A stretch of DNA of 63,980 nt, counting the filler, from Choristocarpus tenellus KU-1152 (taxonomy: Eukaryota > Protista > Phaeophyceae): the NCBI GenBank assembly GCA_964200185.2. It is 12 parts of 12 records of this genome, joined end to end, with 100 filler letters (N's around TTAATTAATTAA, not from the genome) between each part and the next. Parts side by side here need not be neighbours in the genome. Positions count along the whole stretch, not along the records: positions 43,913 to 56,764 come from CAXNAD020001689.1; positions 56,865 to 60,799 come from CAXNAD020017055.1; positions 60,900 to 63,980 come from CAXNAD020022453.1; 9 more parts are not named here. One strand, given 5' to 3'. The notes beneath the pieces are model-generated. The model had not been told where the DNA came from and searched no databases. It was given only the letters and a program-made list of their open reading frames with translations. Below are positions 51,703 through 63,980 of this stretch, piece after piece (position 1 is the stretch's first letter; each line of letters starts with the position of its first letter). Made by a program: the position numbers and the translations under genes.

Positions 51703-54700
51703 TATATTTACTGCTACTACTGTCTCAAAGATGCTACAGACCAATCAAAATAAAGCCTTGGTCGGAAAGGTAATACAAAGAGTGAAATGAGGGTAGCAGT
51801 CCTTCTTCATCAATGCCTTTGACAGTCTGATGTGTGGGCAATCGTACAAGAATGTCTGGACTTACTCTTGCAACAGTATGATGTGTGCCAATCAGAAAGG
51901 ATTACATGAGCCGGTCCCTGCATCGGCTAGGCATGTTTTTGCCCTCTCCTCCAAAGAGACCACACGAAAAAAAAGTCAGGCCCTACACGTACATTTACAT
52001 AAATTATTTTCGATAATAATCAAATTCTCAATTGTCCATTTGGGTTGGAATTGGTTGCACATTTTCGAGCAATGAAAACATAACCAGAACTGCATTGATG
52101 ATTGTTGGGCCCGTTTCCCCAGTCATCGTAGTGAAAAAAGACGTGTCGTGGGCATCTCTTGCGGGCCTCTTACGGTCGGAGTTACGTGTTCGAAATTGTG
52201 GAAAGGGTGTAGAGATAGGGGTGTAGAGATAGGCGTAAGGTCGGCGCTAGAGTGTGGGGAAGAGTGGAGAGGTTGATTCTCGACTTGTGAAGGTACCCAT
52301 CATTGTTTAGCCGACACAGGTCTGTTTTTGAAGGTGTGTTCGGGCATCGCTTTCGAAGGGGAAGTTCGTCTGCGAGCTTGAAGGCTAGTTCATGGGCGGC
52401 ACAGTAAGCTCTCATACTTATGGGCGATGTGCATTGCGATCTACAGCTCACTCGGATTAAGAAAAGAAATCGATATCTTAGGAATTGGGATTGGACAATA
52501 ATTAGCGATGCTCGTACTAGAAAATAATGGGTGCTTGCAAGCTCGAGTTATTGAGGAACTCAAGGCTGGATGGAGCACCCAACTAGGTCTAGGTGCACGA
52601 GCATGGTTAGACACTCAGCGCGAGAGGTGGCGTCGAAGCTTCTCGGTGCTCGACAGAGACAGTGACTGCAGTTCAAGCGAGACATCTACACTACGTAGAC
52701 TGCGGCAGTACATCTGTAGAGGATTTGAGGACTTACTGGGCTGTTATACCATCGGCTGTGATGAGGAGAGAGGGGAAGGGTGTACTGTTCCCATCCAAAG
52801 CTGTAGCAAGACTGGAACTTGCCCTCCTCGATCGCACTGGTTTCCGATTCCAATCCTTCCCAACTGGACCATGGGTTGAGGCAGGCTGAATCGCCATACC
52901 TGGCGGAAAGACAGCTACTGGCCCAGCTACATATGTTCCCAGCATCCTCTTACCAATATTCGCCATTATTCTTGCAGGCCTACTCCCCCCTCCCAATGCT
53001 GCGTGTCTCGACATGAGCATTGTTGAAGTCACCTCTATCTATAATTAACCCCCAACCCTCCACGATGGTCGCTTGCTCCTCCTTCGAAAGTGAGAATGAC
53101 CTTTACACTGATAGTCGAAGATTTCCTTCCACCTAAGTTGGATTCAAAGCACTGAGAGAGACCAAGATCCTGGACTGGGTAGGTCGATTGCTTGTATGGA
53201 GAAGAGAGAGGGGTTGGTACATATAAAATGATCACAGGTACAGGAACACGTACTACTACTTTCTTGGTACATAATAGAGTATTCCAAACTTCATATTGGT
53301 TCACATCAACCTCAAATATACATATATTTTTATTATTATGCCCTCTAACATTTTGCAGATGTGTCAGGGGGAAACCAATGAAAACTCATATTATGTATAA
53401 TTATGTCTAATATTTCCAGATGGGAAAACGAATCAAAACATATTATTATTATTAATATTATATTATTTTATACTTTGATAGATAAGGTGGTACCAGAAGG
53501 TTCGCCCTCTATATCAATCTTGCTTTTTTCACCATATCGCCACAAGAATTACACATATACATCAAATGAAAGCTTATGACAAAACCTTTTCAAGGCTTGT
53601 ATCAAAAAGTTCCAGACTTCGGAGAACGGAAGGTATGTCCGGATCAAGTAATGGCAAAAACGTGGGGGAACATCTCCGCCGCATTTGAAGGTCACGACTT
53701 CAAAACGGACAAAAATGAAGTGGTTGGCTGAACTCCCCGCACAAAACTGATGGGGTTAGGTCGCTGCCCAAGTTTGGCGCGTGTGGTGATACCGAAAAAA
53801 GAAAGAAGATTTGCGGAGATATTTTTGACGCCTTTTGCAGACTTTCTGTGAGCGCACACACACGCGACCCACACAGCAATGTGGACCATGACGGTGAGAC
53901 AAGGAGAGCCACCGAGGCCACTCTGCCCCCTGGATCTACCCTCGGCACCTTCTATCGAGAAGTGACGGAAAAGAAAATACCGTGTGAGACTCATTGCGAT
54001 GTTAGGTGACGAAAAAGTGCAAGTAGTGTGGCGCAGCAGCGTGATCAAATCGCGCAAGGGACCACACTGTCGCGACACTGACGCTGAGAGAAGATGCATT
54101 GAAAGCAATACCACACAAACGTGGTTGGATCTTCAACCATGTCGGAGCACTGCTCTGCAGTCTCTGCCGCCTCAGGAAAGCAGGAAGAGAGCGGTGAAAT
54201 CCGTCACCAGGTGGTACACTGACAAAGTCTGTGGGGAAGCCTAGTCACGGCAGGTGAAGGGAGAACCAGAGTGGGCAGTTGAAGGGAGGTTGGGGAAGAG
54301 AACAGTGCGACTGTGTGCCATTGCGCTCAGGCATCGCCTGAGCGAAAACTCAGGTATAGAATATCTTATTAGTCGACAGTTGCAGCGGGCCCTGACTGCT
54401 TGGAAGCTATGCGAGCCGGAGTGGCTTAAGGAAATGAGAAAGAGGGTGTTAGGGTTGGGCTACAAGGGCTCTGAAGCCTGAAAGAAGATCGAAAGGGTTG
54501 GCAAGGCGGAGGTGAAAGCAATCGTAACAAAGGCAGCTGTGGAGACTTTTCGATATCACCAAATCCTTTACTTAGAAGAGGTCGCAGAGCAGGTGGAGTT
54601 AGCCATCGACGAAGACGCCAGGGAAGAAGAGAGGTGAGATCGAGACTATTTGCACACTGATTGTTTGGTGTTTCCCACTTCTTGGAAGGATCCGCACATT

Positions 54701-54845
54701 CACATTTGTTCCTGGACTTAGGGTTGGACTTATAAAGTTTAAGACTTTCTCCCCACCTGCATTCATTCGAGAAATCAACACAATTTTCGATCAACTCACG
54801 CCTGTCCTCCTTCGCCCTTGCGCCTTGGTGATAACATATCACCCG

Positions 54846-55463
54846 CCTAGGAAACAAGGACGACGCCCATTTCCGGCGCTCAAACAAGGAAATGTGATAA
54901 ATAAGACTCTAACACTGCTAACCCTGTACTTGTGTTTGAACGACGGGAAAGACCTTCAAGAGTGAAAGTATCTTAGAGCGTATGAGGTTTCCCCTGTTTG
55001 TCCATTTGGGACTTGGCTTCCCATGGTCTCTTTTTATGACAATTTCCTACACCAAATGTTTCGGAGTAGGTAAAATGTGTACGTTATGAAAAGGTGTGTT
55101 CGGAGCAAGGATATTGGCACTTCCTAACAAACACAATAGCCAAANNNNNNNNNNTCGCAACATGGGATTTTGAACCCCAAATGGACACGGCTCTACCCTC
55201 AAAGATACTTTGGCTCTCAAACGGCGCTTGAGATGGCAGCAGGATATGCGATAGTCAGGTCGGAAACTGTGAGAAAATGGGAGAGAGACTTCCTAAATAA
55301 GGGCTACATCAAGGTGTCGGAGCAAGGGCGCTACGAGAGGTTTTTTGTTCTGGGCCTCGATGAGGACATCCTTGCCGAGGTCAAGGAGTGGGTGCGCGAA
55401 CACACAGAAAGAAAGGGTGGGGAGGCTTTTTTCGCGGCTAAAGTCTATACTTTAACCAAGTAA
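54846..55463 (+). pseudogene. Probable DDE transposase N-terminal (HTH) fragment disrupted by a MITE
   Basis: Removing the MITE and one TSD copy restores LNDGKDLQTALEMAAGYAIVRSETVRKWERDFLNKGYIKVSEQGRYER...LDEDILAEVKEWVREH..KG, which resembles IS630/Tc1-like HTH regions. Confidence 0.5.
54960..55216. mobile_element. MITE family A, complete, Sola2-like
   Basis: TIRs gagtgaaagtatcttagagcgta / taccctcaaagatactttggctc. Exact TSD TCAA at 54956-59 and 55217-20. Confidence 0.92.
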
Positions 55464-56864
55464 TAGTGTATCCGTTGCCACCTACAATGCGGGGTTTGAA
55501 CCCCAATACGAGCACTCTCAAAAAAACGAAAAATAGTACAATAAAAAACAAAGCCTGTACTCTGGAGGGCCTTGTGACAGGCATCACGAACATGCTTTAT
55601 TTTTTATCCAATCTCTTCATCAAAAATTATGACGGGACAACCCCAAAGGGTGGTACCACTATAGTGGATCATTCAAACTCCATCTTGGTTCACATCAATA
55701 TGCAATTACTATATATATATATATATTTCAATATTTGTCCACTTTTCTCTTTCTCACCCTGATTTAGGATAATCTATCTCCAATCCTGACTCTAACCCTA
55801 ACCTTTGTGTGAAAAATAACGCTAAGTGAAAAAAAGTATGACATCGGGGGAATGTTGGAGACAGGGATCTCCCCAGTGTACCAGAATGCCCTGGTTTGCA
55901 CCACGGTTTCAAACGCTTGATTTTCGCGACAGAAATTGACTTCGATGAACCATATGGCAAGTCCAATTGGAAGATACATCTGTACCTTACGATATTGGGC
56001 TATGACGTAAAATCGGACGCGTGGAAGGATCTGGATCGTGGTGGCAAACATACTTTACAGACAGAGGGAGTACGCATCAGATTCGAGGAAATAGACGTAG
56101 TAACGAGCGGTGGGACGGCACAGCTGGAAGGAAGGCACATAGATGGATGTGCAGTTAGTTGACGTACAACAGGTAGTTTGTAGAGTAGAAGAAATAGTGC
56201 AGTGTGCACTGCCATCTGACTATGGGTCAAAGGACTCTAGGTAAGGTCGAGGCAGTGGAAGAGTTTCTAGACTAAAGTGAGCCATATATGAATGACAATT
56301 AATCGGGACACGACATTTTTACATAACTTAGGGGGTAAGGTGGACATTTGTTCACTCTAAGAGTCCCCTACCCACAGCGGTGGACATATTAAACCCTATC
56401 CAAAATCTCCCGTTCCCACAGTGGGCGGACACTTTTCCATTCAAAACTCTTCCAAATAACTTTGTGAATCGAAAGAATATATTTAGTACTACCTCTGTGC
56501 CATAGGTTTGTACCGTGAGACATCTGGGCTCACCGAGCGAGAACGGCGCCGAATCGGACGATAACCCCACAGAAAAAAATCAGGTTGACAATATCACCCT
56601 TCAGAAAAGGTGGGTTCAAGGATCATCAGGTACAAACTCGAGGTACCTTAAGCCGTCAAAGTAGGGGTCTTTGGGGGTGATTTTGAGGTCAGAACCGGGC
56701 ACGTCAAGGGTCAGAACATCGGCTTGGCAACCCCCCCGTCAACCCCCCCGTGTAGGAAAGGTACNNNNNNNNNNNNNNNNNNNNNNNNNNNNNNNNNNNN
56801 NNNNNNNNTTAATTAATTAANNNNNNNNNNNNNNNNNNNNNNNNNNNNNNNNNNNNNNNNNNNN

Positions 56865-56906
56865 CCCCAAATGGACGCGACTCTACCCTCTAGGATACTC
56901 TGGCTC
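56865..56906 (+). mobile_element. MITE family A right end at contig start
   Basis: ccccaaatggacgcgactctaccctctaggatactctggctc. Confidence 0.8.
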
Positions 56907-59124
56907 CCTATTTTGATGTGTTGATTGGTCACACCATAGCTCTACCTGTATATTCATAGCAGTATGATTTAGTGTCGTTTGTGTAAGAAAATCACATGGT
57001 GAAGGTATTAGTACTAACTCTGGATCTTTTTTCCAAGGGATACGATCTAGTAAGTTTGATGGGCTGTTCTAGTGAAAAGGAAGTGTTGCGACATTCAAGT
57101 TCTCGTGTGATTATTTCTGTATGACAGGTATTTTGAAGGTTCTCAAGTTTATTTCTACCGTGCAGCTTACACATTATTGACACCACTTGTGGTACGACAG
57201 GGGCTGATTGGTGCAATGGCATCATATGTCACTTGGTACCAGATGAGTTTAAAATATGAGATACTTTATACCATTGGTGTTCCGTTATGAATACGTTGTT
57301 GATAGTGTGACAATCGTGTGGACAAATACAAATTCCTCTTGGTCACCTGCCCTTGCTAAGAGAAACCGATGCCATGACCACAAGATCATCCATAACATTT
57401 AATACACTGTTGCCATATCATCCAGTGTTGTAATGTCCTGCACAACAACATTACATCTATATCTACCACTTGTGCAAAGAGATAATTAATCTTGTGGTTG
57501 TAATGTGCTGCTCTACCATATTGAATGTTGATTCTATGCCACCATAGGTCTGTTCTCCTTGTCCATTTCCACCTGCCCATATTGAAGCATCATGTAGCAC
57601 GATTGCTAGTGATAGCCATCAAGCACAGCATGAGGAATGTAGGCTTGTGTGAGCGACTTGATAGATCCTAGGAGGAGTGGAAAGTTGAACATTGCGTACT
57701 TGCAGCTCACCACCATGATGGTTTCTGTTTTGTCGATGAAGTATGGGAAAATCAACACATAGTCAGGCTTCTTACTGTTTGCTGCTACCATCTGAAACCT
57801 TTATACTATCTATTAGTATCTAAGACTTTTGGTGATTGCATTCAGTGCTGAAATTTTCTACTTCAATTTAGTAAACCACTATAAATACTAAAATAAGTCT
57901 TTATATGGGACTGTTTTCAGGAAGGGTGTTTCAGTGTCAAGTGAACAGGAGATTGCATTCTCAAGCATAGGTGGGGGCTTGTGGATTGCAAGCATCCCTG
58001 CACATGCCAGTCGAGCAAAGCATATCAAGACTCAATCAAACCTCACCTTGAGGTATAGCGCATAAGCCAAGTATCTCCTTTCTTTAATCACATGGCAAGC
58101 CTTCATACCACCATTTGTGCCACTACTCGCATTATGTGTCGTACACACACATTTACAGTCCCGCTGCTAGTAAACCTTTCTACCCACAGACACCTCACTT
58201 CTTGCCATCAGCAGGAGATAAGGGTAGTGGCAAGCAGTACTTGCACTCCTTGCACAGATTATTCCTACTCACCACATCACACAGTAATTACATTGTTCCA
58301 GCAAAGTAAATAAGTACTTCAAAATGATTGTTGTGAGACTAATCACTACGATTCAATTGAAGTAAAGATAGCAATAGGACTGCTCTACCCCTAAATGGAC
58401 ACAGATTTTCCAAGTTCAAGAGACATATATAGAGGTAGGATACACATGGAGTCGAGTCATGACTCTAGGCCACTGGTTGCTTGTAGGATATCATCAAGGG
58501 TCTCAAGAGGTGTGCAACTTAGGCTGGGGACCTTGAGAAGGATAAACATATTACTGGCTATCTTTTAACAAGGAAGAAACCATGCTCATGCTTGCATTGG
58601 AACAGGGATACAATTCTCATCTGCTGGGCAGTATGGGGTGAGAGAAAGAAAGGCATATGCCTTGTAGGAGAAGAGGTACTCCTGGACCTCGGAAAACAAA
58701 CCTAATGCCTATCCTTTGGAATTGGTGGTCCTTAGGCTCAACTTCACAATGATCAACATAGAAAATCAGGATAGATTTGTTTTTCATTCAGATGTGCACT
58801 GCTGCGCTCCCTGCATACATGTATTGATTGTAATTGAAAGCATCAAAACTTTGTAAGTCGATTAAATCTGTTCTCACCAAACCTTCTGACTCACAAAACA
58901 TTTACAATACCTAAGGGAATTCCCCAGAGTATTACAGATAAACAAACCTCTTCCCACCTTGAAATTGGCACTCGACATTTTTCTGTTTATTGTTCTACAC
59001 TCTATCTTGGGAAGTATTTGGACAGTAGGTCATCCAGTAAGGCAGCAGTTGTCGATACAATCTTCCTTGTCTTAACTGAAGTGAAATAAGCACAATGGCA
59101 CAGCATCCCTGCAGAGCTACCTCA

Positions 59125-59617
59125 TCAACCATCTCGTGTTCCATGCACATAATCAACGAAAACATACTCTTGTTCCCTCTTTGCCATGAACAGTGCCAGT
59201 CCTGGGAAGTGGGCAAAAAAAACAATATAAGTAAGAGGAGGAGACGGCTGAAGTAAGTAAAGCATTTTGATCTAAGAAGGCAGCACAGTCGTATCATTGA
59301 TACTCACACAACCGTTTACCACTTTGGAAATAGAAATAGAGGTGTGCAGTATTGCTCCTAGCGATTGCACTGTCAATCATACAGCAAAATCAGATGGTAA
59401 CATGCCACAACTTATTTCACGGTGCTCCCTCCCATGTACGCATGGCAAACTAAAGGGAGCAAAAAAAGTTACTGCCCTCGGGAAGAAGGAATCTCACCAG
59501 CACTGGTGATCCCTCCCATCAAAAATCCTACTGCCAATGCCCCCCTGGGCACAACTGAAGCCACTGCCACAGAGAGGAATGCCCCTGCTCCAAGAGTTTG
59601 TTTGGCCTTGATAGCTC
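59125..59617 (-). CDS. Putative last two exons of a small membrane protein (59498-59617, 59125-59201)
   Basis: A phase-1 join gives AIKAKQTLGAGAFLSVAVASVVPRGALAVGFLMGGITSA-G-LALFMAKREQEYVFVDYVHGTRDG*, with two hydrophobic segments. Confidence 0.4.
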
Positions 59618-60899
59618 CTGCTCACCCGAGATATGTGGCGGGGGTTTTGTCAGTAAATCTCCAGATTAAGAAATGGCAATAATGTCATCGTCCTAAACAC
59701 AGAATGTAGATAAAGAATACGCACTCGAAATGTATCATTTCATTGCCTACACTTGGTGAAAAGCAAACAACACCTCTTGTTTCCCAAGAACACAAAATGT
59801 TCCCTACTCACCTAAACCAAATCGGTTCATAGGGATACCTAGCTCCAGTTATTAACATCAGCATTCATATTTCTCCACTACCTGTTTAAAATCAGACAGA
59901 CTACACTAATCCACTTTTGACAGGACGTTCCACTTCTACCAGGTTGTATTAGTATACTCTTGCCATCAATCTAATAGCACGCAAGCTCATGATGCTGAAG
60001 ACAAGCCCAAGTTCAGAGTGGTCTAGGTGAGGGGTAACAAAGTGCACCACTCATGTAGTACAGGCACTAGGTCTGAGGTCTACAGGTGTGACTGTGGGCG
60101 TTGCAATGCCATTCTCTGTGAACTCCCAAAGCTGTAAGCCTGTAAACATTGCCCATTCCACAGTATGCGATGCTTCCCAGGATTAGTCTGAGGCATTTTG
60201 TACATGTGTATATATCCTGGAACACAAGCACTCTGGTGTTGAGCCTATGCTCACAGCCCAGTGCGCCTGTTTGTCACCAAGCAATATGCTCACTACAGTG
60301 CTGATTGAATGTATATTGCAGTCTTGCATGAAGCAAGGCAAGTAACATAAAGTGCGCCATGCAAATAAAAATCAAGTACATGAACTGGGGGTACCGACCA
60401 TCCGCTTCCTTTTTCTGATACTTCGATTATTGTGATAACTTGAGCTTGCCAGCAATGTCTAACAGCCCACAGAATACTAACTAATGGAGTATTTAGTTCC
60501 TTGACACTCATAGAGTAGTCCTAGATTGCATCACTTCCTTCCACATATTCACAATTGGCGCCACTAGACCAAGGTGTCTTTGCAATCTCTTCCTCCCCAA
60601 TTTCAATCCCCCATCCTCCATCGCCTTCCTTGAATAGAAAAACCGTCTAATCACAATGCAACCAACACACAAACTGATTTGTATTGGGACAAGTATCTTC
60701 CTTTGTACAATGCTTCCTAGACTAAAGTAGGTCCCTACAGACAGAAAGCAAGAATGCAAGGTTCACAGAATCCTATTGGAGGTGTCCTGTGAACCCCCCN
60801 NNNNNNNNNNNNNNNNNNNNNNNNNNNNNNNNNNNNNNNNNNNTTAATTAATTAANNNNNNNNNNNNNNNNNNNNNNNNNNNNNNNNNNNNNNNNNNNN

Positions 60900-63709
60900 A
60901 TGCCGTTTGGCATAGGGAGCCCCCCCCCCCACCGCTACTTGGGTGTACACCAGATCCCATGCCACCACCACCTCCAACGCTACCTAATCCTATCATCCCA
61001 TCCTGATGGAACTGGGACTGACCCTGGTAAGCAACACTGTTGCTTGACATTTGGTCAGGTTGGCGCCCAGTGGGATGAGGGTGACTGTACTCTCCAGACA
61101 TCCCATTCATCTGAGCAAATTGGGAGTGGGGGGTTGGGGGGTTGGGGGGGGTAAACAGATTAAAAAAAGCATAGTAGGAAGTGGACAGGGTCTTGTCCAG
61201 GGTAAACAAGATCGCTGAGTGAACTCGAGAAATCTTTGTGATCCTTCAGATCAGAGTTTGCCACCTGAATAAAATAAGCAATCAGTGCCAAGACTTGATT
61301 CAATTCATCCTACGCAAAACCTGACAAGGGCTCCCTTTACATATTCGACAGCCCTGTGAACAATCACATGTCCCATGCCTGGAACAGCGCATTAAAAACA
61401 GGAGTGGGCCACCAGCACAAGCACTACAAGTGCTACTCCCTCCACTCAGCATCAGTTCAAACAGTTTGCAGGACAGTGTTTTACACAACATTAGGAAGGC
61501 ATTTCTTGCAGGCTTCACAGCAAGCAGTGTAGAATAGGAAGACAGTGTCAGATTTTCCTGACATACTAGGGTGACCTCACAAAGGATGTTTCCAAGAGCC
61601 TTACAAAAAAGAGAAAATTCTACACCCTCTTGTGCACCAATAGCCTGCCACACTAACTGTTAAACTCATGTTGAACAGAGGGAGTACTCCCAGTGTGTAG
61701 CAGAGGGACTCACAAGAAGGGTGCTGAAGATAGACTTGGGGCTATTTACTCCTGCTGCCAAGCATTGCTGGAGTTCTAGGTTATCCATTTCATCCATGGA
61801 CCGAGACTTGACTGCCCCACCCAGACCCCCGCTGGATTCATTCAGTCCCAAGCAGTGAGAGTCCTGGTGGAGAGACATCAACCACGTTCAAAATAAGTTA
61901 ATTCCGTTCACCCTCCCTGCAAAGGTGTTCATCAACTCCATACTTTCTTGGGAGCCGATTCGACAATCCTTGCTTACGCGCAACCACCCCTTCAACTCGC
62001 GATTGACCTGTCGAGACCTTTTTTTTTTCTATTTCAAGAGACCAACACAAGGCACAATCTAAAAAAGAAAAGAAGAGGAAAACAAACAAACAAACAAATA
62101 AATAAACTACCTTGAGTCCTCACTATCACACCATGATACCTGCACTACATAACCCAATGCAAGCTCAGTAGTCACGATCCAAAAAAGCCTTCCAACCCCT
62201 GCTGCCGAGGAAGTAGGGGGGCCAGTCTGTCCACAAAGACAAATCTCCACCCGCATTCAGCAGGTTATCTTACTGACCTGTACGTCCTCCGGAAAGAACT
62301 TGGAGGGTTGAGGTGAACGGAATCGATAGCTGCCATCGTGGTCCTCAGGGCCTCTGTGTCCCATGGACAAACCATCAGCTGTGTAGTGCCTGAGGCAGTT
62401 GTGCGCGGGGAGACGATCACTCAATCTTGTGAGGTCGGACACAGAGGATCTTATTGATGACATACGTACGCCTTCACACTTAAGACAGTAGTAATAAATA
62501 GCCTGTACCTTGAAGGCCTGCTTGATTGATACACCACTTGCTTGTACATTGAGCAGTCAAGAGCAGATATTAGGTGCTCGAATAGAGCCGGACTTCTCAA
62601 TGGACCAGCGGTTAACAGGACCAGAGATGAGGGTTGAACCCAATTAAAGGTTTCACAGGGACTGGCCTGGCTTGCCACCCAGTTCCACGGAAAGCTTAGA
62701 CAGACCTGGACCTATCTCAGAAAAGTCTTGTTTTTTCTGTGGCCAGTCTGTTGCACAGTCCAGTTCAAATCCAAAGGTCCCACATAACTAGTATACTAGC
62801 CAGATCAGCTCGGTCAAACATATCAGGCGGAACCCCGAAATGTCCCAAATAAACATGGGAACACAAATGCTAAAATATGATCAAGTGCTGACTGAGCCAA
62901 CTCCATGCCATCAATGTTTTAACAGGCCATGGGCCGCATGCCATCTTACATACAGCCCAGCCTGGTCACGCTCTTTCACACCCTTGAGTTGGCTATGTTT
63001 AAACACGTTTCACCTGGGTCAACCCATGACCCACTTCAGTGAAAAAGCCCGTAACAGATCATTGATGATTGAGCTACTTAATACATTAGAAACAGCCATC
63101 ATCCATGAAAAAATAAAGCATACCAAAAATGGTATAAAAAGGCGTTGGGTCGTGGTATAAAATGTAACACTCAACATAATTAGCCACGAATCCCCCGCCA
63201 AAGAGCCCAACAGACAAAAATTGACAAAAAAACAAGAAGACTGCACATCTTTTTTCCGTTCTTGGTATGTTGGATTCCCTTGAAGCACAAGATGATGACC
63301 ACCCACAGTACAACATGAACACATCATGCATGCCATCATGAACGTAAGAAAAAAAGGCTCAAAACTGGTGCATTAATGACCACTAGGACAGACAGTACCC
63401 ATGCACAGACTCTCTTCTGCAAGGCATTCTGGTAGTGTAGGCGATGCAGGGGTCAAGGTCAGTCACGACAACAGTTGCCTCAAGAACAAACAACACCTAC
63501 AGATTGTCACCAGCCCACAGAACTCACCGCCTGTGATAGCTGCCCCCCAAATTACCCATAACCATATCCCCAACATTAGAGTCGTGAAGACTCCTGGGAA
63601 CAGAAACAGCTTGCAGATTGGAGTAATCCCTATCTCTATAATCAGTCTGAACCTGCTCGTTGCCTCGAGGCGAAGACAGGGCAGACACTCCTGCCGACGA
63701 ATAGTTTTC
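60900..63709 (-). CDS. Several exons of an unidentified Ser/Gly-rich low-complexity protein
   Basis: Open segments, several ending at GT donors: 63528-63709 (ENYSSAGVSALSSPRG...), about 62278-62455 (SSVSDLTRLSD...PEDVQ), about 61750-61880 (KSRSMDEMDNLELQQ) and about 60900-61115. Confidence 0.5.
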
Positions 63710-63732
63710 CTATTAAAAAAAAAAAATCAGAG

Positions 63733-63940
63733 GAGTTAAATTTCAAGGGAAAGACTTTGTTTCTTGCAATCTCTTAATCGAGGGGGTACTAATTGGTATC
63801 TACAGGAGGCACCAATGAAAAAATCTATGCAAAAAAAAAAACGGAGAAGAGTTAAATTTCAAGGAGAAGAGTTCTTGCATGATTTTAATCACACGGGTGC
63901 TGAAATGGTATCTAAAGGAGGCACCGATGAAACTCTACGT
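63733..63940. repeat. Diverged tandem duplication of about 115 bp
   Basis: gagttaaatttcaagg...ttcttgca...ttaatc...tggtatcta.aggaggcacc.atgaaa occurs twice. Confidence 0.8.
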
Positions 63941-63980
63941 AATGACACCTCTCAGCAACGCCAACACTCAAACCTCTACA

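Noticed and set aside
52508-54887. Short ORFs between QS and the transposase-like fragment
   Set aside because: No recognisable motif or consistent splice structure.
7691-60899. Repeated TTAATTAATTAA motif, and any gene neighbourhood across N-runs
   Set aside because: These are artificial spacers, so adjacency between contigs has no biological meaning.

Overview
This is eukaryotic nuclear DNA from an intron-rich photosynthetic stramenopile, most likely a brown alga or relative. That is inferred from FCP/LHC genes with ASAF-type bipartite plastid presequences, TTAGGG repeats and an axonemal dynein. The window is not one locus: it is 12 separate contigs joined by 100-bp artificial spacers (N44-TTAATTAATTAA-N44). 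Spliced genes I could reconstruct by hand are a head-to-head pair of LHC genes, eight exons of a DNAH2-like dynein heavy chain, an AlkB-family (ALKBH2/3-like) dioxygenase head-to-head with FAM50/XAP5, and a plant-type quinolinate synthase. There are also several unidentified exon sets. Mobile DNA includes decayed CRE/R2-type non-LTR pieces (RT and restriction-like endonuclease), a Copia element whose integrase block is inverted, a probable DDE transposase fragment, and at least three MITE families with GRG-N-CAAAGTA termini and 4-bp TSDs (Sola2-like). The most unusual items are a ParB/Srx-like exon downstream of a perfect 31-bp palindrome, the Sola-like MITE set, the inverted integrase, and a duplicated stop-containing acceptor exon in quinolinate synthase. 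All calls come from manual motif recognition; no database searches were run.
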